Shown: positions 36,045-46,224, counted from the stretch's first letter. The stretch: DNA of 64,000 nt from Candidatus Jordarchaeales archaeon (GCA_038889235.1 JAWAHN010000002.1:104288-168287), one strand, 5' to 3'. Made by a program: numbers and translations. The notes: generated from the sequence alone by a model not told the origin.

Positions 36045-38417
36045 ATGTTTTTCTGCTGTCCTAAGACAATTTCGTTTATGGGTCTCTCATCGGGGAAAGG
36101 CTCTAGCCCTCATCTTCTGAGCGGAGAAGTGCACTACTTCCGTCTACCTCCGTCAGAGTGGCGTAACCGCATACTGAAAGCTAAAGAAGCCGGTCTACAT
36201 GCAATTTCAACTTACATACCATGGAACTGGCATGAGATCAGTGAAGGAGTGTTCGATTTTTCGGGGGACACTCACCCTCAAAGAAATTTAGAACTTTTCC
36301 TTGAAACAGCCGAGGAAGAAGATATGCTCGTAATTGCTAAGCCGGGGCCATACATATGCGCTGAATGGATTTACGGTGGGATACCGCCTTGGCTTCTGAA
36401 AAGCCGACCAGAAATACGTGCTCTCGACTCTTCGGGAAAACCGACGAAGTGGCTTTCAAAAAAAGCACCAGTCGTGAGCTACCTTCACCCAACTTACCTT
36501 GAATTTGCAGAGAGATGGATGAAAAAAGTTTCTGAAGTGATAAAGAAGTACGAGGCATCTAGAGGAGGTTGCGTATTCATAGTTCAAGTGGATAATGAGT
36601 CCTGTTACGGTTTCCATTTCTCGCCGTTCGACACAGATTACAACCCAGTAGTTGTAGGGGCATGCGGAAAGGAAGGTTTGTACCACGAGTGGCTTAAAAC
36701 TAAATTCCCATCGATAGAACAGCTCAACATGGCTTACGGAACGAAATACACCGATTTCTCCGAAGTTCAGCCACCTAGAAAACTAGATGGGAGGCGCAAT
36801 CTCCCAGCGGTACTCGACTGGATTGAGTTCAAAGAGCAAATAATTGCCACTTTCCTTCACAAGATGGCCGAATCTGTCAGGAGTACTGGGGTAGACGTGC
36901 TCCTAATAACGAATGACTTTTTCATCTCTCTCCTTTCCCCTCCAGTACAGGTGAAAAGTCGCTTTTTGGTCGATGCAGTAAACCTATACCCTCACTACCT
37001 TGACGACGAGTCATTTCTTGCGGTTGTAAACTACCTCGAGCTTTTCAAGGGGTGCCAACCTGGAAAACCACTTATAGTGGCAGAACTCCAAGCAGGGTGG
37101 TTCTCTTATAAGACGTCTAAAAACACGCTGCACGCTCTGGCAAGACTTGCACACGTAAAGGGTGCTAGAATAACAAATTTCTATATGTTTTCTGGGGGAG
37201 TAAATCCTAAGGGCTTTGGCACCACGGGAAAACTCTATTTCAAGGACGCGCCAGTCAGCCCTGAGGGAAGAAAGACTGACAAGTATTATACCATCAAATT
37301 GTTCGCCTCACTCGTTGAAACTTCCCCACCACCTGACCCAACATACGACCTTCACGTTGCATACTATCACAAGTACAGTGCTGCGGAGATCGCTGATGGT
37401 TGTGACGTTCACGGGCGGAAATACAGGGCCATATCAACTTCATTCCGCCGCCTCCTGCTATCTCTCTTAAAAAACGGGCTGAGTTACTCTATTACTCCAA
37501 TTGAATTCGTCAATCCGCAGATTTCCCCTCTGTTATTTAACGCGTTTGATTTCTTAAACGAAGAAGGAGCCGAAAAGCTGGTACATTACGTCGAGGAAGG
37601 TGGTACTTTAATCCTAACCCCTCAAACTCCCTCCTTCGGTGAAAGGAACCGCTCACCTAACGCCCTAGCGGAGGCACTAGGGGTTACCGAGCAGAACGTT
37701 AGGAGCGGGGTAGTTGAGCTCGCCAGCCAAAAATTGGAGGTACGCTCCGCCACTGTTTTCAAAGTTAAAGAAGCAGAGCCCCTGGCGATTCTTAACGAAA
37801 GACATCTGTGCGGCTTCCGTTCCGACATTGGGAAAGGAAAAGTTATCCAACTTGGCTTCACTCCAAGCTTCTCTCAATTAGAAAAGCTAGTACCCAACTT
37901 GAGACCGGTGTGTAGGGCGAGCAACGTTATGGCGTGCCTTTCGAGGGACGAGAAAGGCTACAGTTTATTTGTTTGCAATTTCGAACGGAAAGATGTCGAA
38001 GGAGTTGTCCACTTATGCCTCCCCGATTACAGCACGTTGATACGCTTTTCTCTCCCGGCGAGAGGCAGCGCGGTATGGCCCCTCAGGCGAAAGTTCAACT
38101 TTGGGGAATTGGTGTACGCCACAGCAGAAATCGTCGAAGTTAGTAAAGAAGGTCTCACCTTCTGGGCGTATGAAGGGTCAAGAGTCAGTATCGAGTTAAA
38201 GACCGGCGAAAATCTTCCACTGCATGGAGACGCCAGTAGACACCTTGGGAGAACCATGTTCTTTGAAGTTTATGCCAAGAGGGGGGAAAACATGGTTGCA
38301 GAAAAACCACTAAAATTGGTTGTAATTGGGGTTAGGCGCCCCGAGCTAGAAGGAGTTAGAGAGCGTGCAATAAACACCATAAGAAAGTTTGCCGTTAAAA
38401 GAGTTCTCGGATACTAA
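36045..38417 (+). CDS. glycoside hydrolase family 35 beta-galactosidase
   Basis: HYFRLP, GPYICAEWIYGGIP and VQVDNESCYG (GH35 ENEYG-like acid/base region). 790 aa. The start may be the internal Met (MGLSSG). Confidence 0.7.
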   Translation: MFFCCPKTISFMGLSSGKGSSPHLLSGEVHYFRLPPSEWRNRILKAKEAGLHAISTYIPWNWHEISEGVFDFSGDTHPQRNLELFLETAEEEDMLVIAKPGPYICAEWIYGGIPPWLLKSRPEIRALDSSGKPTKWLSKKAPVVSYLHPTYLEFAERWMKKVSEVIKKYEASRGGCVFIVQVDNESCYGFHFSPFDTDYNPVVVGACGKEGLYHEWLKTKFPSIEQLNMAYGTKYTDFSEVQPPRKLDGRRNLPAVLDWIEFKEQIIATFLHKMAESVRSTGVDVLLITNDFFISLLSPPVQVKSRFLVDAVNLYPHYLDDESFLAVVNYLELFKGCQPGKPLIVAELQAGWFSYKTSKNTLHALARLAHVKGARITNFYMFSGGVNPKGFGTTGKLYFKDAPVSPEGRKTDKYYTIKLFASLVETSPPPDPTYDLHVAYYHKYSAAEIADGCDVHGRKYRAISTSFRRLLLSLLKNGLSYSITPIEFVNPQISPLLFNAFDFLNEEGAEKLVHYVEEGGTLILTPQTPSFGERNRSPNALAEALGVTEQNVRSGVVELASQKLEVRSATVFKVKEAEPLAILNERHLCGFRSDIGKGKVIQLGFTPSFSQLEKLVPNLRPVCRASNVMACLSRDEKGYSLFVCNFERKDVEGVVHLCLPDYSTLIRFSLPARGSAVWPLRRKFNFGELVYATAEIVEVSKEGLTFWAYEGSRVSIELKTGENLPLHGDASRHLGRTMFFEVYAKRGENMVAEKPLKLVVIGVRRPELEGVRERAINTIRKFAVKRVLGY

Positions 38418-38423
38418 GCTCTG

Positions 38424-38936
38424 TTACTTTTTCTTTTTCACAAGTTCCTTAGCTTCCTCTATCCAAGAAGCAAGTTTCTTCTCGCTTATTCCCGTGGCTT
38501 CAGAGAGGAGTTTTGCGTCGCTTTTCGCCAGTTGTTCTAGGTTCTCTATGCCTGCGTTCTTGAGCTTCTCAGCAGTCTTCGGTCCAAGCCCTTTAAGAAT
38601 GGTTAGCGGTGTTCCTTCCTCTACTACCTCGACCTGTTCCACTTTCGCCTTCTCAACTTTTTCGGCGGGCGCTTCTTCAACGGCTTTTTCCTCCTCGCTA
38701 ACTTCTTTAATAGCTTTTCCGGCTTTCAGCACATCTACTAGTTTTCTTAGTGCCTCAACGTTTTCCTTGTGGACGCTCCTCCTTCTTTTATCGACCATTA
38801 CCCCGATTTTCTTCGCGTCATGTAATGTAAGGTTTGCCTCCCTCAGTTCGCCTAAGCTGAAACCGCGCCCCTCTCTAACCTTGTTTAAGCTCTTCGGAAC
38901 ACGCACCATGGGCTTAATCTTCTCCATGTAAGCCAC
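38424..38936 (-). CDS. rpl13e: 50S ribosomal protein L13e with C-terminal helix-hairpin-helix extension
   Basis: VRVPKSLNKVREGRGFSLGELREANLTLHDAKKIGVMVDKRRR is the L13e core. The C-terminus has GLGPKTAEKLKNAGIENLEQL (HhH). Confidence 0.6.
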   Translation of the reverse strand: MAYMEKIKPMVRVPKSLNKVREGRGFSLGELREANLTLHDAKKIGVMVDKRRRSVHKENVEALRKLVDVLKAGKAIKEVSEEEKAVEEAPAEKVEKAKVEQVEVVEEGTPLTILKGLGPKTAEKLKNAGIENLEQLAKSDAKLLSEATGISEKKLASWIEEAKELVKKKK

Positions 38937-38993
38937 CTCCCATTTGTTTAGACAAATGCGCTATGTGCCCTCAAAATTTCCTCGGAATTTCCT

Positions 38994-40217
38994 TTGAGAA
39001 GTTACTTTTTTAAGTTTCTCCGGCTGATGTTGCTCTCGTTGACGCGTAACCGGAGGCAGTGCACTGTGAAGGTATCTTCTCCCATAGCGGAGGTCGAAGA
39101 ACCACTGTATATCGACAGCTTAAGATGTTTCAGGTGCGGTCTTTGCCGGACCACTTGCCCCGTATTTGAAGTCCAGGGGACTGAAGACTGGAACACACGT
39201 GGCCGCATACTCCTACTAAGAGGGCTAATCTTAGGGGAAATCCAGCTCTCACGTTCACTAGCCGATAGGATCTTCTCATGCACACTGTGTAAGAAATGCG
39301 AGGTTATATGCCCGTCTAAGGTTAACGTAACGCGCCTCATCCAAGAAGCGAGGTTCAGGCTCGTCAAAAACGGTGTGCAGTTCCCAGAGGCGTATCAAAA
39401 ACAGCGAGAAAACATACTGAAATTTGGAACTGTGATGGGAAGACAACTCTCACTCACTAGTAAAATACCTAAAAACGTCAGAATTGCCTGCGACAGCAGC
39501 ACAGTCTTCCACGTTGGATGTGTGGCCAGCGGCTCCTACCCACTTATAGCCCAGCTGGCGCTGGGGGTACTTTCAAGGTTCACCCCTATACGGACATTTG
39601 ACTCTGAGAAGTGTTGTGGTGGAGTCCTTCTAACCATGGGGTGCAGAGAAGACTTCAAGAGTTACTCTGAACGATATGTTAGAGAAGTTGAGGGCGAGAA
39701 AATCGAGAAAATAGTTACACTGTGCCCGATGTGCTACAACACTTTTGCAGAAGAATACCCGTGGAAAGTTGAAGTCCGCCACACATCACAGGTGTACGAG
39801 GAGCTCCTTGACTCTGGAAAACTCAGTTTCACAAGGAGAATTGACGCGTCAGTGGCGTACCACGACCCATGCCACTTGGGACGCCACGCAGGAATATACG
39901 AGCCACCTCGCAAAGTCATAGAAAACATACCTGGAGTAAGGTTTGTGGAACTAGAGTTCCGCCGCGAGCTCTCGGTTTGCTGCGGTGGCCCTGTGAGATC
40001 CTCATACCCGTGGATAAGGGACTATCTCTCGGAGAAGGTGGTTAGGTTAGCGGTTGAAGCTGGAGCGTCATACTTGGCCACAGCTTGCCCCACATGTTTC
40101 CACAACTTGTACTCGGCTTCAATGCTTTCCGACTCTGAAGTAAAAGTTGTTATGGTGGACGAGCTTGTAGGCTTTGCCATCGGCACCCCAGTAGAAATCC
40201 CCCTGTATAAAACATAA
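38994..40217 (+). CDS. Fe-S oxidoreductase with 2x[4Fe-4S] ferredoxin motifs and two CCG domains (GlcF/HdrD-like)
   Basis: CFRCGLCRTTCP and CTLCKKCEVICP. Downstream CCGG and CCGGP Cys-rich CCG motifs. Confidence 0.75.
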   Translation: MRSYFFKFLRLMLLSLTRNRRQCTVKVSSPIAEVEEPLYIDSLRCFRCGLCRTTCPVFEVQGTEDWNTRGRILLLRGLILGEIQLSRSLADRIFSCTLCKKCEVICPSKVNVTRLIQEARFRLVKNGVQFPEAYQKQRENILKFGTVMGRQLSLTSKIPKNVRIACDSSTVFHVGCVASGSYPLIAQLALGVLSRFTPIRTFDSEKCCGGVLLTMGCREDFKSYSERYVREVEGEKIEKIVTLCPMCYNTFAEEYPWKVEVRHTSQVYEELLDSGKLSFTRRIDASVAYHDPCHLGRHAGIYEPPRKVIENIPGVRFVELEFRRELSVCCGGPVRSSYPWIRDYLSEKVVRLAVEAGASYLATACPTCFHNLYSASMLSDSEVKVVMVDELVGFAIGTPVEIPLYKT

Positions 40218-40288
40218 ACCCGCTATGTTTATTTCTCCATCATCATTATGTTGCACGCGTCATGAAATGCGGAAAGGGTGCCGTTTAA

Positions 40289-41542
40289 ATGGGTAAAACG
40301 CTTGCCGAAAAAATTCTAAGTCTCGCCTCTGGAACTGACGCCTACCAAGGAGACATAGTGGTAGCTAACGTAGACTTTGCCATGGCGCAGGATGGCACAG
40401 CCCCCTTGGCGATTGAAGCCTTCAAGAGTATGGGGGTAGAAAAAGTCTGGGATCCCAGTAGGATAGCGCTCGTCATAGACCACAACGCCCCCAGTCCCAA
40501 CGAAGGTGTCTCGAAGCTACATAAGCTGATGAGAGAGTGGGCTACAAGTCAAGGGGTAATCCTTTACGACATAGGGGAAGGTGTCTGCCACCAAGTTATG
40601 GTGGAGCGTGGACACGTAAAACCTGGAAGAGTCGTCCTAGGAGCCGACAGCCACACATGCACTTACGGTGCGCTCGGCGCCTTGGCTACTGGTATAGGGT
40701 CAACGGAGATGGCTGCTGTCTTTGCAAGCGGCCAGCTCTGGCTGAGAGTCCCAGAAACGTTCCTTGTAATTGTCGAGGGTAAGCTTCCCAACGGGGTCTA
40801 CGCTAAGGACATTGTTTTGTCAGTCATTGGGAAAGTTGGAGCTGACGGGGCAACCTACATGGCCGTTGAGTATACGGGAAGTACCATTAAGGAACTCAGC
40901 CTGGACGGACGGTTAACTCTCTGCAACATGGCTGTAGAAATGGGTGGAAAAACGGGTCTAGTGGCCCCCGACGAGAAAGTGGTCTCCTTCCTAAAGGAGA
41001 GAGGGATAACAGGCGGATACGAGTTACTTGCAAGCGACGAGGATGCAGATTTTGCCGAAAAGCTAGAGCTCGACGCCGAGGACCTAGTGCCGGTCGTTGC
41101 ATGTCCCCACTCTGTGGACAATGTTAAATCAGTAGAAGAAGTTGAAGGAACACCCGTTAGCCAAGTATTCATAGGAACCTGCACTAACGGTAGAATAGAA
41201 GATCTAAGAATCGCTGCAAGAGTTATGAAAGGAAGGAAAGTCAGGGTGAGAACAATAATTGTGCCAGCTTCCAGAGAGGTTTACCTCAAAGCCTTGAGAG
41301 AAGGACTCATTGAGGCATTCGTAGAGGCAGGCGCTACCGTCTGCAACCCTGGATGCGGCCCCTGCGTCGGGACACACCAAGGGATACCGTCACCCGGCGA
41401 CGTTGTCATCTCCACGGCTAATAGAAACTTTAAGGGGAGAATGGGTTGTGACGACGCCGAAATATACCTTGCCTCACCTCACACCGCTGCGCTGGCAGCG
41501 GTAACTGGAGAAATAAGAGACCCTAGAAGGGGAGACATATGA
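40289..41542 (+). CDS. leuC: 3-isopropylmalate (or homoaconitate) dehydratase large subunit
   Basis: Aconitase-family large subunit, 417 aa, with the Cys triad region CGPCVG. Stop TGA overlaps the leuD ATG (ATGA). Confidence 0.85.
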   Translation: MGKTLAEKILSLASGTDAYQGDIVVANVDFAMAQDGTAPLAIEAFKSMGVEKVWDPSRIALVIDHNAPSPNEGVSKLHKLMREWATSQGVILYDIGEGVCHQVMVERGHVKPGRVVLGADSHTCTYGALGALATGIGSTEMAAVFASGQLWLRVPETFLVIVEGKLPNGVYAKDIVLSVIGKVGADGATYMAVEYTGSTIKELSLDGRLTLCNMAVEMGGKTGLVAPDEKVVSFLKERGITGGYELLASDEDADFAEKLELDAEDLVPVVACPHSVDNVKSVEEVEGTPVSQVFIGTCTNGRIEDLRIAARVMKGRKVRVRTIIVPASREVYLKALREGLIEAFVEAGATVCNPGCGPCVGTHQGIPSPGDVVISTANRNFKGRMGCDDAEIYLASPHTAALAAVTGEIRDPRRGDI

Positions 41543-42077
41543 TTAGGGGAAGGGTTTGGAAGTTTCCGGACAACGTTAACACAGACTATATTATACCTGG
41601 AATGTAGCCTGAAAAGTCAGGCTACCTGGAAAGTACAAGTTTAAGACGCTCGACATGGACGAACTGGCTAAACACGCTATGGAAGGCATAGACCCAAGCT
41701 TCTCGAAGAAAGTTAGAAAAGGCGACATAATCGTAGCTGGGAAAAACTTTGGTTGCGGCTCGAGCAGAGAGCAAGCTCCACTAGTCCTCAAACACGTGGG
41801 GATCTCCTTGATCATAGCGGAAAGCTTCGCCCGAATATTCTACCGCAACTCCTTTAACATAGGACTTCCCCTCCTCATATGCAAAGGGATAACCGAAGCC
41901 ACTGACGAAGGCGACGAGCTAGAAGTAGATGTTAGCAGCGGTCGCATACGCAACCTGACAAAGGGCACCGAGTTGTATGCAAACCCAATACCTGACTTCC
42001 TGATGGAGATTGTCAACTCTGGTGGTCTTTCCGAGTACTACAAGAAGCACGGGCGGTTCCCATGGCAAAAAAGGTAG
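41539..42077 (+). CDS. leuD: 3-isopropylmalate dehydratase small subunit, interrupted by a 29-nt BHB intron (exons 41539..41602 and 41632..42077)
   Basis: Exon 1 encodes [21 protein letters not shown], then TAG at 41605. Exon 2 (a different frame) encodes [28 protein letters not shown]...[14 protein letters not shown]. Splicing out 41603..41631 yields a 169-aa LeuD colinear with archaeal LeuD. Confidence 0.8.
41603..41631 (+). other. predicted 29-nt bulge-helix-bulge intron inside leuD mRNA
   Basis: H1 is tac (41594-96) / gta (41633-35). H2 is ctgg (41597-600) / ctgg (41626-29). The bulges are aat (41601-03) and aaa (41630-32). H3 is an 8-bp hairpin 41604-11 / 41618-25 with loop aaaagt. Cleavage after the 2nd bulge nt on both sides removes exactly the 29 nt that the protein alignment requires. 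Confidence 0.75.
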
Positions 42078-43060
42078 GCTACATAGAGGGCGACGGCATA
42101 GGACATGAAATAGTTCCAGTAACTATTGAGATACTCGAAGAGTTAGTCCCACAAATAGAGTTGATACCGATAGAAGCCGGGCTAAACTACATGAAGAAGA
42201 CAGGGAAAAACGTACTCATAAGCGACGAGGCGTTAGAGCTTGCAGCAACATGTGACGCCATACTCAAGGGACCGACGGAAACGCCTCCCGGGCCTGGAAG
42301 TCCGAAAAGCGTAGTAGTCACGCTAAGACAAGCATTAGATCTTTACGCCAACGTACGCCCCTTCCAGTACCCGGGAAAAATAGACGTCATAATAGTCAGA
42401 GAGAACACGGAAGATCTGTACAAGGGAATAGAGCATAGGTTGTCGTCCGACGTCGCCATCGGCGTACGAGTAATAACCCGAAAAGGATCCAAAAGAATAG
42501 CTGAATACGCCTACAAGATGGCGTCCCAATTCGGAAGGCGCAAAGTTACCATAGTCCACAAAGCAACAGTCATGAAAGAGACGTGTGGCCTCTTCAGGGA
42601 GACTTGTCTCGAAGTCGCATCCCAATATCCTTCAATTGAAACGGAAGAAATGCACGTCGACACTATAGCGATGAACTTAGTTCTTAACCCGGCGCGCTTC
42701 GACGTTATACTCACAACCAACATGTTCGGAGATATACTCTCCGACCTCTGTGCTGGCATAGTTGGAAGCATAGGGTTATGCCCGTCGGCAAATGTGGGAG
42801 ATAAAAACGCCATGTTCGAAGCAATACACGGAAGCGCGCCGGACATAGCTGGAAAAGGCATAGCGAACCCCGCGGGAATAATACTCGCAGCAGCACTCAT
42901 GCTCGACTACCTAGGATACACGACCCAAGCAAAAAAGCTCAGAGACGCCACACTAAGCGTGGTAACCGAAAAAGTCAAAGTGACCCCCGACCTAGGCGGC
43001 AACGCCACGACAAGACAAATGGCGGAAGAAATACTTCGAAAAGCCAAGCAAGAAAGCTAA
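42062..43060 (+). CDS. leuB: 3-isopropylmalate dehydrogenase (isocitrate/isopropylmalate dehydrogenase family)
   Basis: N-terminal [19 protein letters not shown] and the [14 protein letters not shown] signature. Confidence 0.85.
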   Translation: MAKKVGYIEGDGIGHEIVPVTIEILEELVPQIELIPIEAGLNYMKKTGKNVLISDEALELAATCDAILKGPTETPPGPGSPKSVVVTLRQALDLYANVRPFQYPGKIDVIIVRENTEDLYKGIEHRLSSDVAIGVRVITRKGSKRIAEYAYKMASQFGRRKVTIVHKATVMKETCGLFRETCLEVASQYPSIETEEMHVDTIAMNLVLNPARFDVILTTNMFGDILSDLCAGIVGSIGLCPSANVGDKNAMFEAIHGSAPDIAGKGIANPAGIILAAALMLDYLGYTTQAKKLRDATLSVVTEKVKVTPDLGGNATTRQMAEEILRKAKQES

Positions 43061-43244
43061 CGAAAGCATACAGCTACAAAATCAATGACCGCCAAAACAT
43101 ACAACCACCCCACAGAAAGACAAAGACCTACTCGTGAAGCAACAAAAAATACCCGTCAAACAACTCCCAAATTTCAAGCAACTCTATTTTTCAAGCTCTA
43201 CAGCCTTGCAGCAGTCTTAACAAGGTTCACGGCGTTTCCAAGCC

Positions 43245-43541
43245 TTATAAGCACGTTTCTAATAGCTTCAAGAAGAGAAGCACCTCCTTCTTCAACAACA
43301 AGTGAAGTGCAGAAACAGTTCTAAAAACTTTACAGAGACACTGTCCTTCATTACCATTAAAGTGAAATCTAGCTACATAGGTGCCTTTTTCAACAAGCTC
43401 TTCCATAGTGTAGAGCATAGGTAAACCTCTGAGGACCCCGCCAGGCAGCCTCATATACTCGTTAGTTACACTTCTTTTATACCTGAAGACCTTATAGATC
43501 CCTTTGTGCAAGCTTCCTTTTATTCTCCCCGAGTAAGTCAC
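43245..43541 (-). CDS. hypothetical small protein (doubtful)
   Basis: 98-aa ORF in an otherwise non-coding, CA-rich 1-kb stretch. No recognisable family. Confidence 0.2.
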   Translation of the reverse strand: MTYSGRIKGSLHKGIYKVFRYKRSVTNEYMRLPGGVLRGLPMLYTMEELVEKGTYVARFHFNGNEGQCLCKVFRTVSALHLLLKKEVLLFLKLLETCL

Positions 43542-43963
43542 CTACCTCCCTAAAACCTCAACAGCCATCTTACTTTTGCCCCTAATCCCCGTCCAACCCT
43601 AGCCAGCAACAAAGGAACAACACAAAACCCGACACGCCACCTTCCTCAACCACCATCTAAAACTAGCAAGACCCCCTTAACAAAGCCACCCTTACACAGA
43701 TGCAAACATTACCTAACAACCTCCCAGCCCCTCTCCTACAATAATCCTCTAAATACACTCCTTTCTCTAACAACTCTCTTTCTCCTTCAGCTTGCCGCCC
43801 CCCTCCCCGGCACAACAACCACTCCACACTAATATTCTTAAATCCCCAATTTCGCATGAAAATTCTCTCCCGCAGCAAACCTACAAATAAGCTCAAAAAT
43901 AGTATACACGGTCACAGCTTTGAAACGAAAATTTACGTAAAAAATAATTTAATTAATAGATAA

Positions 43964-44077
43964 TGGTGCGGTCGCCGGGATTTGAATTCCCGGACTTTGT
44001 GCGTCTCCCGGGTCGCAGGCTTGGAGGGCTTCCGCCCGTTTTGGTCTACGTCCTGGTCCAGGCTAGACGACGACCGC
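43964..44077 (-). tRNA. tRNA gene with 20-nt intron between positions 53 and 54 and additional insertions (identity undetermined; CCA encoded)
   Basis: On the minus strand: acceptor GCGGTCG / CGACCGC, discriminator A, then CCA. T-stem CCGGG / CCCGG with T-loop TTCAAAT, preceded by the insert AGACGCACAAAGTCCGGGAA. The insert folds as a BHB: H2 CCCG/CGGG (4 bp), bulges GGA and AAT. About 18 further extra nt upstream, including a GGGC-GGAA-GCCC tetraloop hairpin, suggest a second intron. Confidence 0.5.
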
Positions 44078-44115
44078 TCATATTAGATTTTTCAGCTTAT
44101 GCTTTTATTTTTTAC

Positions 44116-45354
44116 TCAGAAGAGTATGGCTTGTCTTTCTAGGACTAGTTTTGTTATGTTAGTGACTTTTGCTATTTCTTCTTTTGCTATCTCTCTAGCT
44201 TCGTTTTGGATGTTGTTCCATGAGGCTGTTGGGTCCACTAGTAGCTGTATGCTGGCTATTGCAGGGTCGTCTATTCTTCTTCCTATTTGTCCCAGTATGT
44301 ATACATATGCTTCTTTTACTTCATCTATTTCTACCGCTATTCTATTTGCGATGGAGCCTGCTAGGACGTTGTATATTTTCCCTATGTGGCTGTAGGGGTT
44401 TTTTCCTGCTGTTGCTTCTATACTCATTGGTCTGTTAGGTGTTATTAGTCCGTTACACCTGTTTCCTCTTCCGACTTGTCCGTCGTCTCCGCTCTCGGCG
44501 GAGGTTCCCGTTAGTGTAAGGTAGTATATTCCTTTTTCGTAGTTGTCTCCGACGTTTACTTTTACTTCTATTTCTTTGCTCGTGTGTTTTGAGGCTAGGT
44601 TGGCTAGTTCTGTTGCTATCTGTTCTTTGACGTTTATGTAGTGGTCTTTGTCTGGTGTGAGCGGGGCTATTATTGCTGCGGCTACTGTTAGCGTTATTTT
44701 TTCTCTGTCTCTAACTCCCATTACTTTTATGTCTTCTCCGACCTCTGGAAGTTTTTCTTTGAGCTCTTTGGAGTTAAGGTATTTTTCGGCTTCTAGTACT
44801 ATTCTCTCGGTTTCCGTCAGAGGCGCGAAGCCGACTCCTATGCTTGTATCGTTTGATAGTGGTGCTTGCTTTTTCCCCTCTTCGAATATTCGGCGTAGGT
44901 CTGCTGATCCTGGACGTAGTAGCGCTTTGACAACTAGGTGTTTTTCTACGTCGAGGAATCGTAGGATCCTCTTGAACTCCTCTTTAATGCTTCCAACCGC
45001 TATTTCTTCTGCTGGGATTTTCTTTACTTTTTTCTCTGTGGCGACTTCGGTTGTGGCTCTTCCTGCGAGGATGAATGTTATTGGCTCGATTATTTCTCCT
45101 CCCCCGAACGTCACGTTTGCTCTCCCACCTACTAATATCGCCTTGTCTACGTTGTGGTGTAGTATTTCTCCAAAGTGTTTCTGGTAGTATTTCGAGAGGC
45201 TCACGCTCGCGGCTTCGGCGGCGTGATCGCAAAGGCTGTCGGGGTGCCCAATCCCTTTCCTCTCGACCACTTCAACCTCCAGACTTTCCACTGGTTGGCT
45301 ATACAACCTGCTAACTCTAATGTTCAATGCGCTTCCCCCATCCGTCTCTCGCAT
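44116..45354 (-). CDS. mat: S-adenosylmethionine synthetase, archaeal type
   Basis: [13 protein letters not shown] and the overall 412-aa archaeal MAT architecture. Confidence 0.9.
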   Translation of the reverse strand: MRETDGGSALNIRVSRLYSQPVESLEVEVVERKGIGHPDSLCDHAAEAASVSLSKYYQKHFGEILHHNVDKAILVGGRANVTFGGGEIIEPITFILAGRATTEVATEKKVKKIPAEEIAVGSIKEEFKRILRFLDVEKHLVVKALLRPGSADLRRIFEEGKKQAPLSNDTSIGVGFAPLTETERIVLEAEKYLNSKELKEKLPEVGEDIKVMGVRDREKITLTVAAAIIAPLTPDKDHYINVKEQIATELANLASKHTSKEIEVKVNVGDNYEKGIYYLTLTGTSAESGDDGQVGRGNRCNGLITPNRPMSIEATAGKNPYSHIGKIYNVLAGSIANRIAVEIDEVKEAYVYILGQIGRRIDDPAIASIQLLVDPTASWNNIQNEAREIAKEEIAKVTNITKLVLERQAILF

Positions 45355-45519
45355 TATTGGAGAAAACTCTCCTCTACCACCCTTCCATCTTACTTGGAAC
45401 CTATATACCGCTTAAATAGCTTCTGGACGTGCTCGCCTTTCTGAAGAGTTTTATGTCCTTTTTCTTGGGCTTCTTCACAGCGTGCGCGTTTGTTTCTTTC
45501 GCAATTTTTATAAACAAAT

Positions 45520-46224
45520 GTGCTCTTTCCCCCTTACGTTCAGCCTCGTTCCTCTGGAGGCGTCGTTACGATGCGTTACAAGTGGCTTTTCGTGGCGCTA
45601 CTGGTGGCCTTTTTGACGGCGCCTTTGTTTTTAAGTTTCTTCTCTATTCCGGTTCAAGCTCAGCCTGTGAAGCATACTTTCACGTTTCTTAACCCTGATA
45701 ACTGCGGTGTGAACTTTAACGTCACTGTGGATACTAGTATCCTGATTGACGGGTTGATAGGAAGTTGGTCGATTATGGTGACTGCTTCGCCCATTACGCC
45801 GAATGTAGTGAATCTCACATTGATGGGGACGGTTAATGGAAGCATTGTCTCAAGGGGGTTCCTTGTACCGGCGCGGGACGCTTTCTCGTCGGATAGTGTT
45901 TTCAAGAGGTTTTCTCCTTCCTCCTACATCATTTACATCTCGGAGCCATTAATTGTTTGGCAAGATTCAGCGGGCTTTCCCGTAGCTTTCTCGTTTGACC
46001 TTATTATAACCATTAAGTACAGTGATGGAGGGGAGAAAAGTGTCCATCTTAAGTCGGGTGAAAGCGTGATTGCTTTCATCATGCCTAATCCAGGAAAGTT
46101 GCCTCCTGAGGCCACTAAGCTCATGGCTGTCTCTTATCTAGGTTCTATCCTGCTTCCGCTGAGTGTTTTTTTGTTAAACAAGCTGATTAAGAGAGGTTTT
46201 AACAGGAGGGTGTTGTCGAGTTGA
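45520..46224 (+). CDS. secreted/membrane-anchored hypothetical protein (signal peptide + C-terminal TM)
   Basis: N-terminal hydrophobic signal-like segment and a C-terminal TM helix followed by a KRGFNRR tail. Confidence 0.45.
   Translation: MLFPPYVQPRSSGGVVTMRYKWLFVALLVAFLTAPLFLSFFSIPVQAQPVKHTFTFLNPDNCGVNFNVTVDTSILIDGLIGSWSIMVTASPITPNVVNLTLMGTVNGSIVSRGFLVPARDAFSSDSVFKRFSPSSYIIYISEPLIVWQDSAGFPVAFSFDLIITIKYSDGGEKSVHLKSGESVIAFIMPNPGKLPPEATKLMAVSYLGSILLPLSVFLLNKLIKRGFNRRVLSS

Noticed and set aside
41592-41631. Direct repeat tacctggaa (41594-41602 and 41623-41631) flanking a 29-nt insert in leuD, which could be read as a target-site duplication of a micro-insertion or mobile element.
   Set aside because: The repeat is better explained as the two strands of the self-complementary BHB helix H2 (ctgg/ctgg), which lies next to helix H1. 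No transposase or terminal inverted repeats are present.
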